From the IMG/VR virus record IMGVR_UViG_3300029258_003681: a stretch of DNA of 64,000 nucleotides. One strand, given 5' to 3'. A model generated the notes under the pieces. It worked only from the letters and a program-made list of their open reading frames with translations. It did no database searches and was not told where the DNA came from. Numbering within the stretch: position 1 is the first letter of the stretch; every line of letters starts with the position of its first letter. The DNA comes from a virus. Shown in pieces: positions 40,725 through 50,234 of the stretch. A program made the position numbers and the translations under genes.

Positions 40725-41498
40725 ATGACTACAGGGGTCAATCCGAATATTTCTATTCAGGAGATCTACTCTGGCAATAAATTTCTGGGATTGCCCCCAG
40801 ATGGCACTCCTTCAGAGGAGACGTTGTACCGTGGTCGTATCCAGAAGTGGATCGGCGGATCGGCGGCTGGTGAATGGGCCGCGCCTGAGCTGGAGGGGAT
40901 GCGAGTAGAACAGGTCTGGTGGTATTTTGATTGCTCAACAGCTCCCGATGTGTCAATTTATCTTGTTGATGATGACGATGTTGAATATCTGATTCACACG
41001 GAGACTGGCTCTACGAGTGGTTCGTATGTGCAGACGAATCATGGCTTCCTGGTCCCACCCTCATTTAAGGTGAGAGTAAAAACTGACCAAAATGTCGATG
41101 CTGAGGTATCGGTGGCAGCAGAAGATACGGGAGTGACTGGAGATGGTATAACGGCCACTTACAATCTTCAATTGGTAAACGGTCGTGTGGATCCTGGCTC
41201 TGTTTCGATTACTGCGGGCAGTGTTGTTTTCACGGATCCAGCGTCGGATGGCATTCTTGTTGGGGCAGGCGGTGGCGGGGGGTCTGGAACGATTGATTAC
41301 CTCACTGGTGCAGTTGTAATTACTCTCAATACTCCTGGGAGTTTCAGCGCGGTGAATGCTCTGGCGACGTATGACTACGATCTTATTGGCCGGGTCGGTC
41401 TCGTTATTGGCAATGGGTGGGGTCAGACGGTACCGAGTCAGACTGGAATAATTGGCGAAGAAAATCTGCCGCCGACCATGGAGCGGTCGCCGGTTTAA
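40725..41498 (+). CDS. Hypothetical structural protein with GTIDYxTG module
   Basis: Shares FTD..DG.L..GGGG.G.IDY.TG module with the sheath. Confidence 0.65.
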   Translation: MTTGVNPNISIQEIYSGNKFLGLPPDGTPSEETLYRGRIQKWIGGSAAGEWAAPELEGMRVEQVWWYFDCSTAPDVSIYLVDDDDVEYLIHTETGSTSGSYVQTNHGFLVPPSFKVRVKTDQNVDAEVSVAAEDTGVTGDGITATYNLQLVNGRVDPGSVSITAGSVVFTDPASDGILVGAGGGGGSGTIDYLTGAVVITLNTPGSFSAVNALATYDYDLIGRVGLVIGNGWGQTVPSQTGIIGEENLPPTMERSPV

Positions 41499-41508
41499 GG
41501 AGAAGAAA

Positions 41509-42039
41509 ATGTCACGAGCAGCAGTCGATGATCTGATGCAGGGATTTCGGTTCCATGTAACAGCTACCAAATCCGATGGGGCAACTCCCCTGGTATTTAA
41601 TCGTCCAGGTGAGTTTGATGGAGCTGGGGAGGCTGGGTTTCAGAGTGTGTCGATCCCTGAGCTAACTGTCGAAGCTGTTGAGTACCGCGAGGGTACTTTT
41701 CAGTGGACGCAGAAGTATCCAGGGCCACCCACCGTCTCTGACGGCACTCTGATGCGCGGTGTAGCGAAATCGGACACCACGTTTTATGATTGGGTCCGCG
41801 ACTCGGTCGACGGGGACGAGTACCGTTGCGATGTCACGATCTATCATTATCAGCGGACTGAAATGGCATCGGCCACGCAGGCCGAGGCGGGAGACGATTT
41901 CCGTCGCATTGAATGCAAGAACTGTGTTCCTACGCGTGCCAAGCCTGCTGGTGATTTTGATTCGATGTCGGGGGAGGTTTCCCTGGCTGAGGTCGATTTC
42001 TCCCTGGAGTCATTTGACGTATTCCCGAAGCCTGCGTAG
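41509..42039 (+). CDS. gp19: Tail tube protein (gp19-like) 1
   Basis: DDLMQGFRFHV, AGFQSVS, VEYREG, KYPG, LMRGV, FYDW; SD AAGGAG. Confidence 0.9.
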   Translation: MSRAAVDDLMQGFRFHVTATKSDGATPLVFNRPGEFDGAGEAGFQSVSIPELTVEAVEYREGTFQWTQKYPGPPTVSDGTLMRGVAKSDTTFYDWVRDSVDGDEYRCDVTIYHYQRTEMASATQAEAGDDFRRIECKNCVPTRAKPAGDFDSMSGEVSLAEVDFSLESFDVFPKPA

Positions 42040-42059
42040 CCAAGGGAGGAGAGCGTTGA

Positions 42060-42599
42060 ATGGCACGGTCGCGCATTGCAGATTTCATGCAGAACCATCG
42101 CTTTTGGCTTCTGGATGTGGTGCCAAGTGCGACGTTTCCCTTTCTTGTATTGGGCGCTCCCATTCTGGGGTTTCAGTCAATAACTACGCCTGAATACACA
42201 GCTGAAGTAGACGAGATCAAGCAGCTTAACTCGATGTACAAGCGCAGTGCGTACTCGGGTGGCGGCGTGGCGCCGATCACTTTGACGCGTGGAGTTCTTG
42301 GATACGATGACACGATGTGGCAGTGGATGATGCGTGCGATCCGTGGGTTCGACATGACGAATCGCAACCTGCTGCTTCTTCATTTCACGAATATTGGTCA
42401 CACGGACGACGAGATTGGTATTGCAGCCTGGGAGTCAGCTGCGTTTTTGCCTGGAAAAGCCTGGCTGTTGTGGGATTGTATTCCTACACGGTACAAGGCG
42501 GGATCTGATTTTGACGCCAAGGGCGGCGAGGTCAGCATTGCGGAATTGGAGATTCAACCGTGGGCGGTGACGGAATTTACGCTTTTGTCGCCACTTTAG
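42060..42599 (+). CDS. Tail tube protein (gp19-like) 2 or tube initiator
   Basis: DFMQNHRFWL, GFQSIT, ITLTRGV, MWQW, WLLWDCIPTRYKAG.DFDA. Confidence 0.85.
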   Translation: MARSRIADFMQNHRFWLLDVVPSATFPFLVLGAPILGFQSITTPEYTAEVDEIKQLNSMYKRSAYSGGGVAPITLTRGVLGYDDTMWQWMMRAIRGFDMTNRNLLLLHFTNIGHTDDEIGIAAWESAAFLPGKAWLLWDCIPTRYKAGSDFDAKGGEVSIAELEIQPWAVTEFTLLSPL

Positions 42600-42611
42600 A
42601 GAGACCATTGG

Positions 42612-42639
42612 TTGACAAACCCGTTATAGCGGGTAACAT
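42612..42639 (+). promoter_or_regulatory. Sigma70-like promoter at the start of the accessory block
   Basis: TTGACA-N16-TAACAT; inverted repeat ACCCG/CGGGT in the spacer. Confidence 0.5.
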
Positions 42640-42672
42640 ATCTGAGTAGATGATGTTTGAAGGGAAAAGATC

Positions 42673-43302
42673 ATGAGAAAATTGATTGAGAAATTGGGCA
42701 ATGCGATCGAGGGCGATGGGCAGGTTGAAGATGGCGCGGAGGATTCTGTATCTAGTGTGCCGAATGTGATGCGAAAGGGGTTGGTTGAGGAGCTGGGGGA
42801 TGCAATCGATGGTAAGCCCCAGGACGAGTCCACAGATGCCAACACTGTCGATGCGGCTGCATCTCTGGCCGAGGCGTCCAACCTGCTTGATGAGGAGGCC
42901 AAGACCGAGGGTGCGATCAAGGCTCTGCGCGACACTGACTACAGAGACCAGGACGCGTTCTTCAAGATGGTGCAGCTCCTCAAGGGGCTCGCCACCGTCA
43001 CTAAGGAGGACGAGCAGGCCAAGAAGTACATGGCGGCGGTGTCTGATGCGCTGACCACGGCGGCCAAGAAGGTACTTGGCGAGGACGCCGATGGCCTGGA
43101 CGAGGCGAAGCGCAAGTCGCAGGGAGAGATTCGCATCTTTTCCATGGGGGGATATGGTCAGCCCGAGAAATACGAATACAGCGTCAAAGAGCGCCAGGAT
43201 AGTGGCAAGACGGCGCTCGCTGACAGGGGATCTGCTCCGACGGCTCGGAAGGCATTCGACAAGGCGTTCAAGGTCTGCAAAGACGACTATGGATGGGAGT
43301 AA
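42673..43302 (+). CDS. MRxLIE-type small protein (putative internal head protein)
   Basis: Starts MRKLIEKL; modules after LDEE and LDEA. Confidence 0.7.
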   Translation: MRKLIEKLGNAIEGDGQVEDGAEDSVSSVPNVMRKGLVEELGDAIDGKPQDESTDANTVDAAASLAEASNLLDEEAKTEGAIKALRDTDYRDQDAFFKMVQLLKGLATVTKEDEQAKKYMAAVSDALTTAAKKVLGEDADGLDEAKRKSQGEIRIFSMGGYGQPEKYEYSVKERQDSGKTALADRGSAPTARKAFDKAFKVCKDDYGWE

Positions 43303-43305
43303 ATC

Positions 43306-43698
43306 ATGATCACAAGAACGAAAAAACAGTTGCTCAGTGAGATGGTTCAGAACGCTGGTGTAGACCCCAAGAAGATCCTTGGTGATGATGCTGAAATTGA
43401 AGGGGATCCCGAGGAGGCTATCGAGCCAGTGGCAGAGGCCATGTACAAGGTGCCACGCAGCAAGAAGGATCTCGCGCCCAAGACCCCTGCAAACCTGAAG
43501 AAGCGGGCAGATCTTGCCAAGAGTGCGGTGGCGCACGTCGAGGCTGCGATCAAGGATCTGAGTAAGATTCCTCCCCTGGATTTTATGGGCGACATTTATC
43601 ACTTCTCCGAGCTGTTGGATCAAGCAATCGGTGGTGATGGAGGTGGTCTTAAGTGGCTGGCCAAGGCGTACGATAGGGATGCCAAGAAGGGAAAATGA
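43306..43698 (+). CDS. Hypothetical protein (NAGVDP-type N-terminus)
   Basis: LLSEMVQNAGVDPKKILG. Confidence 0.7.
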   Translation: MITRTKKQLLSEMVQNAGVDPKKILGDDAEIEGDPEEAIEPVAEAMYKVPRSKKDLAPKTPANLKKRADLAKSAVAHVEAAIKDLSKIPPLDFMGDIYHFSELLDQAIGGDGGGLKWLAKAYDRDAKKGK

Positions 43699-43699
43699 T

Positions 43700-44200
43700 A
43701 TGAGTCGCAAAGATCTGATAATTGAGGAGATGGTGCGGAATGCGGGTGTTGATCCTGGGCGCATCTTGGGCGGCGAAAATATCGGATCCGAGGAGCCAGT
43801 GGAAGAGGGCACCGTCAATTTCAAATTCTACCACGCGGCTAAGGATGCCGAGGATCGCTTCGAGAAGGCTCTCAGAAAGCAGTACGGCAAGGACTACCAG
43901 GACAAGAGGTACACTGGGAAGGGTTTCAACAAGGAGACCCAGGCGGCCTACGATGCGTTCCTGAAGGCCAGTGATGCGTGGCGCAATGAGACGCGTCGCG
44001 CGCGCGGGGAAAGTGTCGAGGAGGATAAAGGATTGTTGGGTGGGGTGATCCACATTATCAAAATGGGCGAGGATCGCTGGGTCGCTCGGATTGCCAAACC
44101 TCTGGGGGTTGCGTTCAAAGATTCCTTCAAGGGTGCGAGTGGCCATGAGGCCCTGATGAAAATGGCCAAGGATTGGTCCAAAACTGGTTTTATGGAGTAG
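43700..44200 (+). CDS. Hypothetical protein (NAGVDP-type N-terminus)
   Basis: IIEEMVRNAGVDPGRILG; start ATG 43700. Confidence 0.7.
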   Translation: MSRKDLIIEEMVRNAGVDPGRILGGENIGSEEPVEEGTVNFKFYHAAKDAEDRFEKALRKQYGKDYQDKRYTGKGFNKETQAAYDAFLKASDAWRNETRRARGESVEEDKGLLGGVIHIIKMGEDRWVARIAKPLGVAFKDSFKGASGHEALMKMAKDWSKTGFME

Positions 44201-44215
44201 CGAACTCCAGTTCGC
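44200..44215. promoter_or_regulatory. 16-bp palindrome copy 4 (GCGAACTCCAGTTCGC)
   Basis: Abuts a stop codon, upstream of the holin SD. Confidence 0.7.
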
Positions 44216-44226
44216 GGGAGGAAGAT

Positions 44227-44592
44227 ATGGATTTGAACAGTTTGAAGTCGAAGAAGCTGCTTGTCACGTTGCTGGCGGCGGTTGGTATGGTCGTAAACTC
44301 GCTGCTTGGCAATCCTGTGGACGAGAAGACGGTCTACAGCGTGCTGGGTATCCTGGGGACCTATATCCTGGGCCAAGGCATAGCCGACCACGGGGCGCAG
44401 GGGGCAGCGAAGGCCGCAGAGCGGTCGATCAAAAAAGGCGCAGAAGTTGCGGCGGCGGTGACTGGTGTTCTTGGTCAGCGTCACGGCAATGGGCAGCCGG
44501 TTATCCACGATGATGAGGATGACGACGGTCCAAATTGGGATGATACATCCGAAGAGGACGAGGAAGATAAGCCGAAGGAGCTGCTCGGATGA
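44227..44592 (+). CDS. Putative holin (2 transmembrane helices)
   Basis: LKSKKLLVTLLAAVGMVV...VLGILGTYILGQGIAD; SD GGAGG; amidase nearby. Confidence 0.7.
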   Translation: MDLNSLKSKKLLVTLLAAVGMVVNSLLGNPVDEKTVYSVLGILGTYILGQGIADHGAQGAAKAAERSIKKGAEVAAAVTGVLGQRHGNGQPVIHDDEDDDGPNWDDTSEEDEEDKPKELLG

Positions 44593-44867
44593 GAGATCTA
44601 CTGGAAAGACTGACGACAGAGGGTGTTCTTGGTGGCGGTATTTCTGTTGCCTATGTGTACAAGCTCCTCCACAAGATCCTGGGCAAGGATCAGTTCGGCA
44701 AGATCACAAAGAAGGGCAAGAGCATTACGATCGCCACGAAGGTGGATGCGGGGATGGACGGCCAGAAGCAGTTTGATAAATTTGCGGATGAGATCCAGAA
44801 GAAGCATCCCGATGCGAATGTGGACCATAAGTCTGGTGGCAAGGTGTGGACGATCCATCTTCCGTAG
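44589..44867 (+). CDS. MRxLIE-type small protein
   Basis: Starts MRDLLERL. Confidence 0.7.
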   Translation: MRDLLERLTTEGVLGGGISVAYVYKLLHKILGKDQFGKITKKGKSITIATKVDAGMDGQKQFDKFADEIQKKHPDANVDHKSGGKVWTIHLP

Positions 44868-44875
44868 GAGGCGAC

Positions 44876-45301
44876 ATGAGGCAGTTGATTGAAAGGTTGC
44901 GGACACTTGGTGAGATGACGAATGCCGAGGCTGACAAGCTGGAGAAGGATGGTTTTGACCTTCGCAAGTGGGTCAAGATTTCAGGATGGAAGCCCGAGGA
45001 TGCCGAGCCGAGTTCGACCTTGATTGAGTCGCCAGACGGCTACTGGTTTCTTTATGGAGAGTTGGTGATTGATGCCGAGGAGGTTGAGATTGCTCTAGTG
45101 GCGCATGTCGACAAGTTCAGTCTGGCACAGCAAAAAGTGATGAAATCCAAGGGGATGAAAATAGATAAGGGGCGCGATTCCTTGGCGAGCAAATCGGTCA
45201 AGGTTGGTGATGTGCGAGATGTTAAAAAGGTCGGAAGCACTATCAAGAAGGTTGTGAAAGAGATGGCAGCGATCGTGAAGGCGGTCGAGAAAGCAAAATA
45301 A
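44876..45301 (+). CDS. MRxLIE-type small protein
   Basis: SD AGGAGG; starts MRQLIERL. Confidence 0.7.
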   Translation: MRQLIERLRTLGEMTNAEADKLEKDGFDLRKWVKISGWKPEDAEPSSTLIESPDGYWFLYGELVIDAEEVEIALVAHVDKFSLAQQKVMKSKGMKIDKGRDSLASKSVKVGDVRDVKKVGSTIKKVVKEMAAIVKAVEKAK

Positions 45302-45304
45302 ATA

Positions 45305-45793
45305 GTGGCTGAATCTGTTCCCAAAGCGCCAGAGGTTTCTCCTCAAATCGTAGCCACGGAAACGGGCATGGCGATGGTGCGTGATCTGCTCCTGCGGATG
45401 GGGCGGATTAAGCGAGAGCTGGTATCTCCGAAGCCAACTGGTACGTCGGAGTATTCGATGATGTTGGTGGGTTCGCTGTTGAACCGTCGTCATCGTGACA
45501 TTGGGACGATACGGATTTATGTGACGGTTCCTGCGAACGGTGAGAATATCAAGTTCACGATCGAGTGGACGCGACATGCGTTTGGGTTCTGGTATCGCCA
45601 GGAGGTGATTTTGAAGGACGCTGTGGATGATCCTGAGCATGCGAACGTGCAAAAGCTGAGGACGGCGTTGGATCCGATCCAGTGGACGGCAGATGGAACG
45701 ACGCGAGTGAAATCGATGAATCGGATGTTCAAAAAAATAAAGAAGAGCCGAGTGCGGGATCGAGCATCGCGCGCGGGCTTGATGGTGGGATGA
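45305..45793 (+). CDS. Hypothetical protein
   Basis: 162 aa, packed between neighbours. Confidence 0.6.
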   Translation: MAESVPKAPEVSPQIVATETGMAMVRDLLLRMGRIKRELVSPKPTGTSEYSMMLVGSLLNRRHRDIGTIRIYVTVPANGENIKFTIEWTRHAFGFWYRQEVILKDAVDDPEHANVQKLRTALDPIQWTADGTTRVKSMNRMFKKIKKSRVRDRASRAGLMVG

Positions 45794-46830
45794 TGCTGAC
45801 GAAGATTCAACTGACTGTAGCGATACGCTACAACGCTACGCAGTGTGGGAAGCTCTACGATGTGGGCGATATGCCGTGGCCGTGGTCTGAGGCGAAGCCA
45901 GATTTGTTTGCGTGGGCGACGGCGAATTTTCAGCTGGAAAATCGGCTGACGGTTGATGGAAAGATGGGGCCGAAGACGTTCCGTGCGGTCATGAAGGCCG
46001 AGGGCGATACGTCTGTGGAGGTTCCGATCCCTCCGAAGGATCCGAGTTTACCCAAGCCTCCCACACCTCCTCCCTATGGGAAGCTGAGTGATTCCAAGTT
46101 TTCAAATGCGATTATCGTAGATGGTGAGCGCGTTGAGTTGCCGTCTGAGTTTTTGGCGGCTGGTATGACGGCCAGCAATTACCTGGAGGATGACGAGCCC
46201 CATTTCAAGCATGGTGAGCGCGTTGGTGAATTGATCCATTTTGTGCTGCATGAGACTTGTGGTAATACGGCCCAGGGATGCAAGAACACTCTCAAGAAAA
46301 AAGGATATGGAGTGCAGCTTATTCTGGCGCCGTCGGGTCATCTTTCTTGCCATGGCGATCTTGTACGCGATCGGATGGTCCATGCGAACCAGCTTAATGA
46401 TACGAGCTTTGGTATTGAGATAGTGAATCCGTACAATCCGATATTCGTGAACGACAAGGCGATCTGGTACAACACCCTGAAGCGGCTGTGGTGGACGTGG
46501 GTACCCGCTCTGAAGACGAGGAAGGGTATCAACAAGGGCATACAGTCCCTTCTTAAGCGCAGGGGTTTGAAGGCGGTTCCCAAGCGTTACGTTACGCCGA
46601 CTCCGCCACAGATGGCGGCGATTCGGTTGTTGGTGCCGTGGTTGTGTGAACTTACGAGTGTTCCTTATCGCTTCCCTACCAAGGGGCTGAACAAAAAGAA
46701 ACGAAAAATTGATGGGCTGACGATGAAGCCAAGGGGTCGCCCTGGGCCAGGCGTTGTCGCGCATCGTGATTTTGCATCGCACGCGGACGGGCGGTACATA
46801 CTTGAAGATCTACTGGTCCGCAAAGGATAG
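45790..46830 (+). CDS. Endolysin: N-acetylmuramoyl-L-alanine amidase (Amidase_2-like) with N-terminal peptidoglycan-binding-like segment
   Basis: LTVDGKMGPKT, HFVLHETCG, SFGIEIVN, VVAHRD zinc-amidase motifs. Confidence 0.8.
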   Translation: MMLTKIQLTVAIRYNATQCGKLYDVGDMPWPWSEAKPDLFAWATANFQLENRLTVDGKMGPKTFRAVMKAEGDTSVEVPIPPKDPSLPKPPTPPPYGKLSDSKFSNAIIVDGERVELPSEFLAAGMTASNYLEDDEPHFKHGERVGELIHFVLHETCGNTAQGCKNTLKKKGYGVQLILAPSGHLSCHGDLVRDRMVHANQLNDTSFGIEIVNPYNPIFVNDKAIWYNTLKRLWWTWVPALKTRKGINKGIQSLLKRRGLKAVPKRYVTPTPPQMAAIRLLVPWLCELTSVPYRFPTKGLNKKKRKIDGLTMKPRGRPGPGVVAHRDFASHADGRYILEDLLVRKG

Positions 46831-46874
46831 AATCAACATGTGTCGCTGAGGCGGCCAAAAAAGGAGAGAGAGAA

Positions 46875-47399
46875 ATGACTAGAAGAAATGCAGCAGACGC
46901 ACCGTCGGCCGACAGTATTCGAAACGCTGGTGCAATCCCGCAGGCTTCTCAAATTTCGAATGATTCGAATTCGGAAGGAGAGTCCGTGGCGGCTGTGCTC
47001 AACAACTTAGGCGACAAACTTCGTAAGACTGTGACGGCCCTCGACATTGTCACGCTTAACGACGAGCAAAGTGTGGCCCTGGGCGGGGATGCTCTCCACC
47101 AATGGGCTCCCGTGACGGCTGTCGTCCAGATAACGGGCGTGGGTGGTACCATCGCAGGAGATGCACAGATCACCATCGGCATCACGACTGGTGGTACGGA
47201 GATCTTGGCGGCGACGGCATTGACAGGGGCTGTCACCATCAATGAAATGCTCATTATCGATCTGAGTGCAGTGGCCAAACCTGCGATACCTGCCAATTCC
47301 ACCGTCTTCGTGAAGGTGACTTCGGCGGATTCGACGGGCACGGCTGGTTCGCTCGCGAGCGTGCATCTGATGGGCGAGATCATTGATACTGCTTCCTAG
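46875..47399 (+). CDS. Beta-rich hypothetical protein (possible head decoration)
   Basis: SD AAGGAG; ITIGITTGGTEILAA; followed by a GC hairpin. Confidence 0.55.
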   Translation: MTRRNAADAPSADSIRNAGAIPQASQISNDSNSEGESVAAVLNNLGDKLRKTVTALDIVTLNDEQSVALGGDALHQWAPVTAVVQITGVGGTIAGDAQITIGITTGGTEILAATALTGAVTINEMLIIDLSAVAKPAIPANSTVFVKVTSADSTGTAGSLASVHLMGEIIDTAS

Positions 47400-47425
47400 A
47401 AGCAGTTGGCTGAAGTAGTATGAAG

Positions 47426-47455
47426 GGGGGACGGCAGCTTTGGGGCTGCCTCCCC
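47426..47455 (+). terminator. GC-rich hairpin, possible terminator
   Basis: GGGGA-C-GGCAGC / GCTGCC-TCCCC; weak U-tract. Confidence 0.4.
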
Positions 47456-47492
47456 TGGATCTTTGTGTGACTGGTTTGATCAGGAGGACACG

Positions 47493-47996
47493 ATGGACGA
47501 ACGGTCGATGAGGGAGATGCGATATCTGGCTGGGATGGATATGCTGTTGGAATCAGGCCCTGAGAATGCCGAGGAGATTGATGAGGAATCTCAGGCGTTG
47601 GCCGAGGCTGTTGTTTCGATCAATCAGAAGCTCAAAGATGCCGAACAGGCTTTTCTGGGCAATGTGCTGGTGGTTGCGAGGAAGTATCTTCGGCAGCAGA
47701 ACAGGGGACTCAAGATGGAGGTGATCCGCATTCCTCCGATGGGCGGAGGCGGATCGATTGGTGGTGTTCGTTTTGTCGGTGATAATTGGCAGCTTGATGC
47801 AATGATAGATCGCAAGGGTGATAAGTGGGAATTTTGGAAAGTTGGCCGTATGTCGGTAGGGATCTCTGAGCCTGTCGAGATTGAGGATACGGCCAAGGTT
47901 CACGATCTTCATCCTCAGTCGATAGCGATGGGGCTCAATGCGCTCTATGGTGCTTTGGTCGAGAAGAATGAAGAGGCTCGTCATAAGGCGAAATGA
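47493..47996 (+). CDS. Hypothetical protein (acidic leader, LAEA)
   Basis: SD AGGAGG; MREMRYLAG...LLES. Confidence 0.7.
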   Translation: MDERSMREMRYLAGMDMLLESGPENAEEIDEESQALAEAVVSINQKLKDAEQAFLGNVLVVARKYLRQQNRGLKMEVIRIPPMGGGGSIGGVRFVGDNWQLDAMIDRKGDKWEFWKVGRMSVGISEPVEIEDTAKVHDLHPQSIAMGLNALYGALVEKNEEARHKAK

Positions 47997-48646
47997 GGTT
48001 ATTGATGAGGGATTTGATCGAGAGCCTGGGTAAATTCATCGCCGAGAGCAAGGCGAAGAAGGTTCGGAAGCGTCGCACGCGCAAGCGCGCAAGTGAGGCC
48101 GATAAGATGATGGCCAAGCAGATCGGTGCGGCCATGAAGGCTCGGATCTCCGAGATTCCTCGCATGCTTCCAAGAGGGTGGGTCATCACTCAAGCATTGG
48201 CGCTGGACAAGCAGATCTTGGGCAAGCGCGGCGAGGCATACATAGGGAATGAGCTGGAGGCTGATTATGGATATCCAATCGGCATCAGCGACGAGTTGAT
48301 CGAGACGGCCACTGCCGACTTTGGTCTGTCCTGCTATCCCTACGGGAATGGTGATGGTGTTGTTTGCAGTGTTACGGTGGACAACTTCAGCCCAGATGAG
48401 AGCGACCCTGGTGTGGTGATGGTTCCCGTGCCACCGAGAGATGGCATAACGATCGAGGCGGAGTGGAAGCGTAAGAAGAAGGCATTTGATCCGAGCAAGA
48501 ATCTCTGGCCTCTCATCAAGACGGTGATGAAGGAGCTGAAGAAGCAGATGCCAGAGTACGATGAGTTGGATCCCGACTATGGCAAGAGCGAGACGGAGCG
48601 GTACTTCGGCAGCGAGTCCGCATATTGGCGATGGAAGGAAGGCTGA
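47993..48646 (+). CDS. MRxLIE-type protein
   Basis: MRDLIESLGKFIAE. Confidence 0.7.
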   Translation: MRLLMRDLIESLGKFIAESKAKKVRKRRTRKRASEADKMMAKQIGAAMKARISEIPRMLPRGWVITQALALDKQILGKRGEAYIGNELEADYGYPIGISDELIETATADFGLSCYPYGNGDGVVCSVTVDNFSPDESDPGVVMVPVPPRDGITIEAEWKRKKKAFDPSKNLWPLIKTVMKELKKQMPEYDELDPDYGKSETERYFGSESAYWRWKEG

Positions 48647-48987
48647 TGAAACATCTTACAAACCAGCTTCAGGATTTCATTGCGGATGCACCGAATCCTG
48701 AGCGCAGGAAGATCTTGTCGGCGACCGAGGAACGGTTGTTTCGGTCGATGAAGACACAGGGAGAGCGGGCCACGAAGGGGCGCGAGATCGGCAAGACAGT
48801 TTTTGAATCCAAGGTCAAGGCTGGGGTGTCGTTCCTGATGATCATGGAAGGACGGCATGCGATGTCGGTGGGCGCGCAGGTTGCTCGTCGTTTCAATGGG
48901 GCTCGTGATGTGGATTCTGTCGAAGTTGTAAAGACCAAGAATGGTGCGTGCGTAATATTGCGCCCGAAGGCGAATGCGGATGCGTGA
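48646..48987 (+). CDS. Hypothetical protein
   Basis: TGATG coupling; MKHLTNQL. Confidence 0.65.
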   Translation: MKHLTNQLQDFIADAPNPERRKILSATEERLFRSMKTQGERATKGREIGKTVFESKVKAGVSFLMIMEGRHAMSVGAQVARRFNGARDVDSVEVVKTKNGACVILRPKANADA

Positions 48988-49303
48988 TCTGATCGAAGGC
49001 AGACGTTTGCTCATGGAGGACGGTAGTATTACTGTGTTTGGTTTTGTCCGTGGGAATGCGTTGGACTTTGGTAGGATACTGAAAAGATTTATGCCCAAGA
49101 GGGGTGCTGTTACGCGGATGAAGAAGGCGCAGTCGGGAGAGTATCACGTGGTTGGCACGACGATGTTTAAGTTGGTTGGCATGGAAGAGTTGATCAATGC
49201 TGCGACGGCTGCTGGGCAGAAGGGCTCTAATGGTATGTGGACCGAAGCCAAGCGGTACATGAGCTTCGTTCCAGGTTTTTTGGAGAACGTTTCAAAGGAA
49301 TAG
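48974..49303 (+). CDS. MRxLIE-type small protein
   Basis: MRDLIEGRRLLME. Confidence 0.65.
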   Translation: MRMRDLIEGRRLLMEDGSITVFGFVRGNALDFGRILKRFMPKRGAVTRMKKAQSGEYHVVGTTMFKLVGMEELINAATAAGQKGSNGMWTEAKRYMSFVPGFLENVSKE

Positions 49304-49306
49304 AAA

Positions 49307-49579
49307 ATGAAAAAGATCATCGAAAATTTGACGGCCAAAGGTGCTGAAAATCTGGAAGAGGCGAGCTTCGACAACAAGAAGGTCTATAGTTCATTGAAGG
49401 TGGCGATTTCGTCAGCTGGTTCTGCGGTCAAAGCGCTCAAGTTGATCCCACCGTCGAAGTGGGGCAAGGCCAACAAGAAGGAGTCCCGAGAGATTGACGA
49501 TCTCATCGTCAAGCTCAACCAGATCAAGCGGGACGCTACCAATCTCGCTATTGGCGTTGGCGTTACGGCTGGCAGGTAA
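49307..49579 (+). CDS. MRxLIE-type small protein
   Basis: MKKIIENL...LEEA. Confidence 0.7.
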   Translation: MKKIIENLTAKGAENLEEASFDNKKVYSSLKVAISSAGSAVKALKLIPPSKWGKANKKESREIDDLIVKLNQIKRDATNLAIGVGVTAGR

Positions 49580-49581
49580 TT

Positions 49582-49869
49582 ATGCGGAGGCTCCTCGAAG
49601 AGAAGGCCAAGAAGGGTCTGGAGAGGTTCAAGGAGATCCACGGGATCGTAAGCACGGGTGACGGCTATGGTCTTGGTTTCTCGGAGAAGGAGCAGAAGTG
49701 GTACGGCTGGAGTCATCGGGCCATAGAGGGTTTTGGGATCGGCGACATGATTTTCGAGGTAAATTTCGGTGATGACAAGACGTTGTTTAGGCAACATGGC
49801 AAGAAGCCTATAAAAAACATGGATGACGCCAAGGAATCTGCGCGGAGATTCGCAAAATACGTGTCATGA
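49582..49869 (+). CDS. MRxLIE-type small protein
   Basis: MRRLLEE; KWYGWSHRAI..FGIGD. Confidence 0.7.
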   Translation: MRRLLEEKAKKGLERFKEIHGIVSTGDGYGLGFSEKEQKWYGWSHRAIEGFGIGDMIFEVNFGDDKTLFRQHGKKPIKNMDDAKESARRFAKYVS

Positions 49870-50234
49870 GGACGCGAAAGGATGGTGTGATGCGAGATGT
49901 AATTGATAAAATGCAAGCTAAGAATATCGAGGGGATCGATGAGGCAGCTTCAGGTGCGGCATCGACGCGGCTGATCAAGTCTGCCACTGACTTTATCAAG
50001 AAGCAGGCGAAAGAGCTGGACGGGCTCGCTGGAGGGATGCAGTCGCGGGCCAAGAAGGCGAAGAGCTGGACGGTTGCGAATGGTTTGTATCATGCAGCAT
50101 CACGGATCGAGGACCATCTTCGGCGCGCGGTCGACGAGGCGGAGAAGGCAATCGAGAGCATTCCAGAGGAGGGAGCCTCGGACAGCGTGTTCCGTGACTG
50201 GGCGATGCGGATGAAGGACGGTTACTATCGATGA
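49866..50234 (+). CDS. MRxLIE-type small protein
   Basis: MRDVIDKM...IDEA (ATG 49890 is an alternative start). Confidence 0.65.
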   Translation: MRTRKDGVMRDVIDKMQAKNIEGIDEAASGAASTRLIKSATDFIKKQAKELDGLAGGMQSRAKKAKSWTVANGLYHAASRIEDHLRRAVDEAEKAIESIPEEGASDSVFRDWAMRMKDGYYR

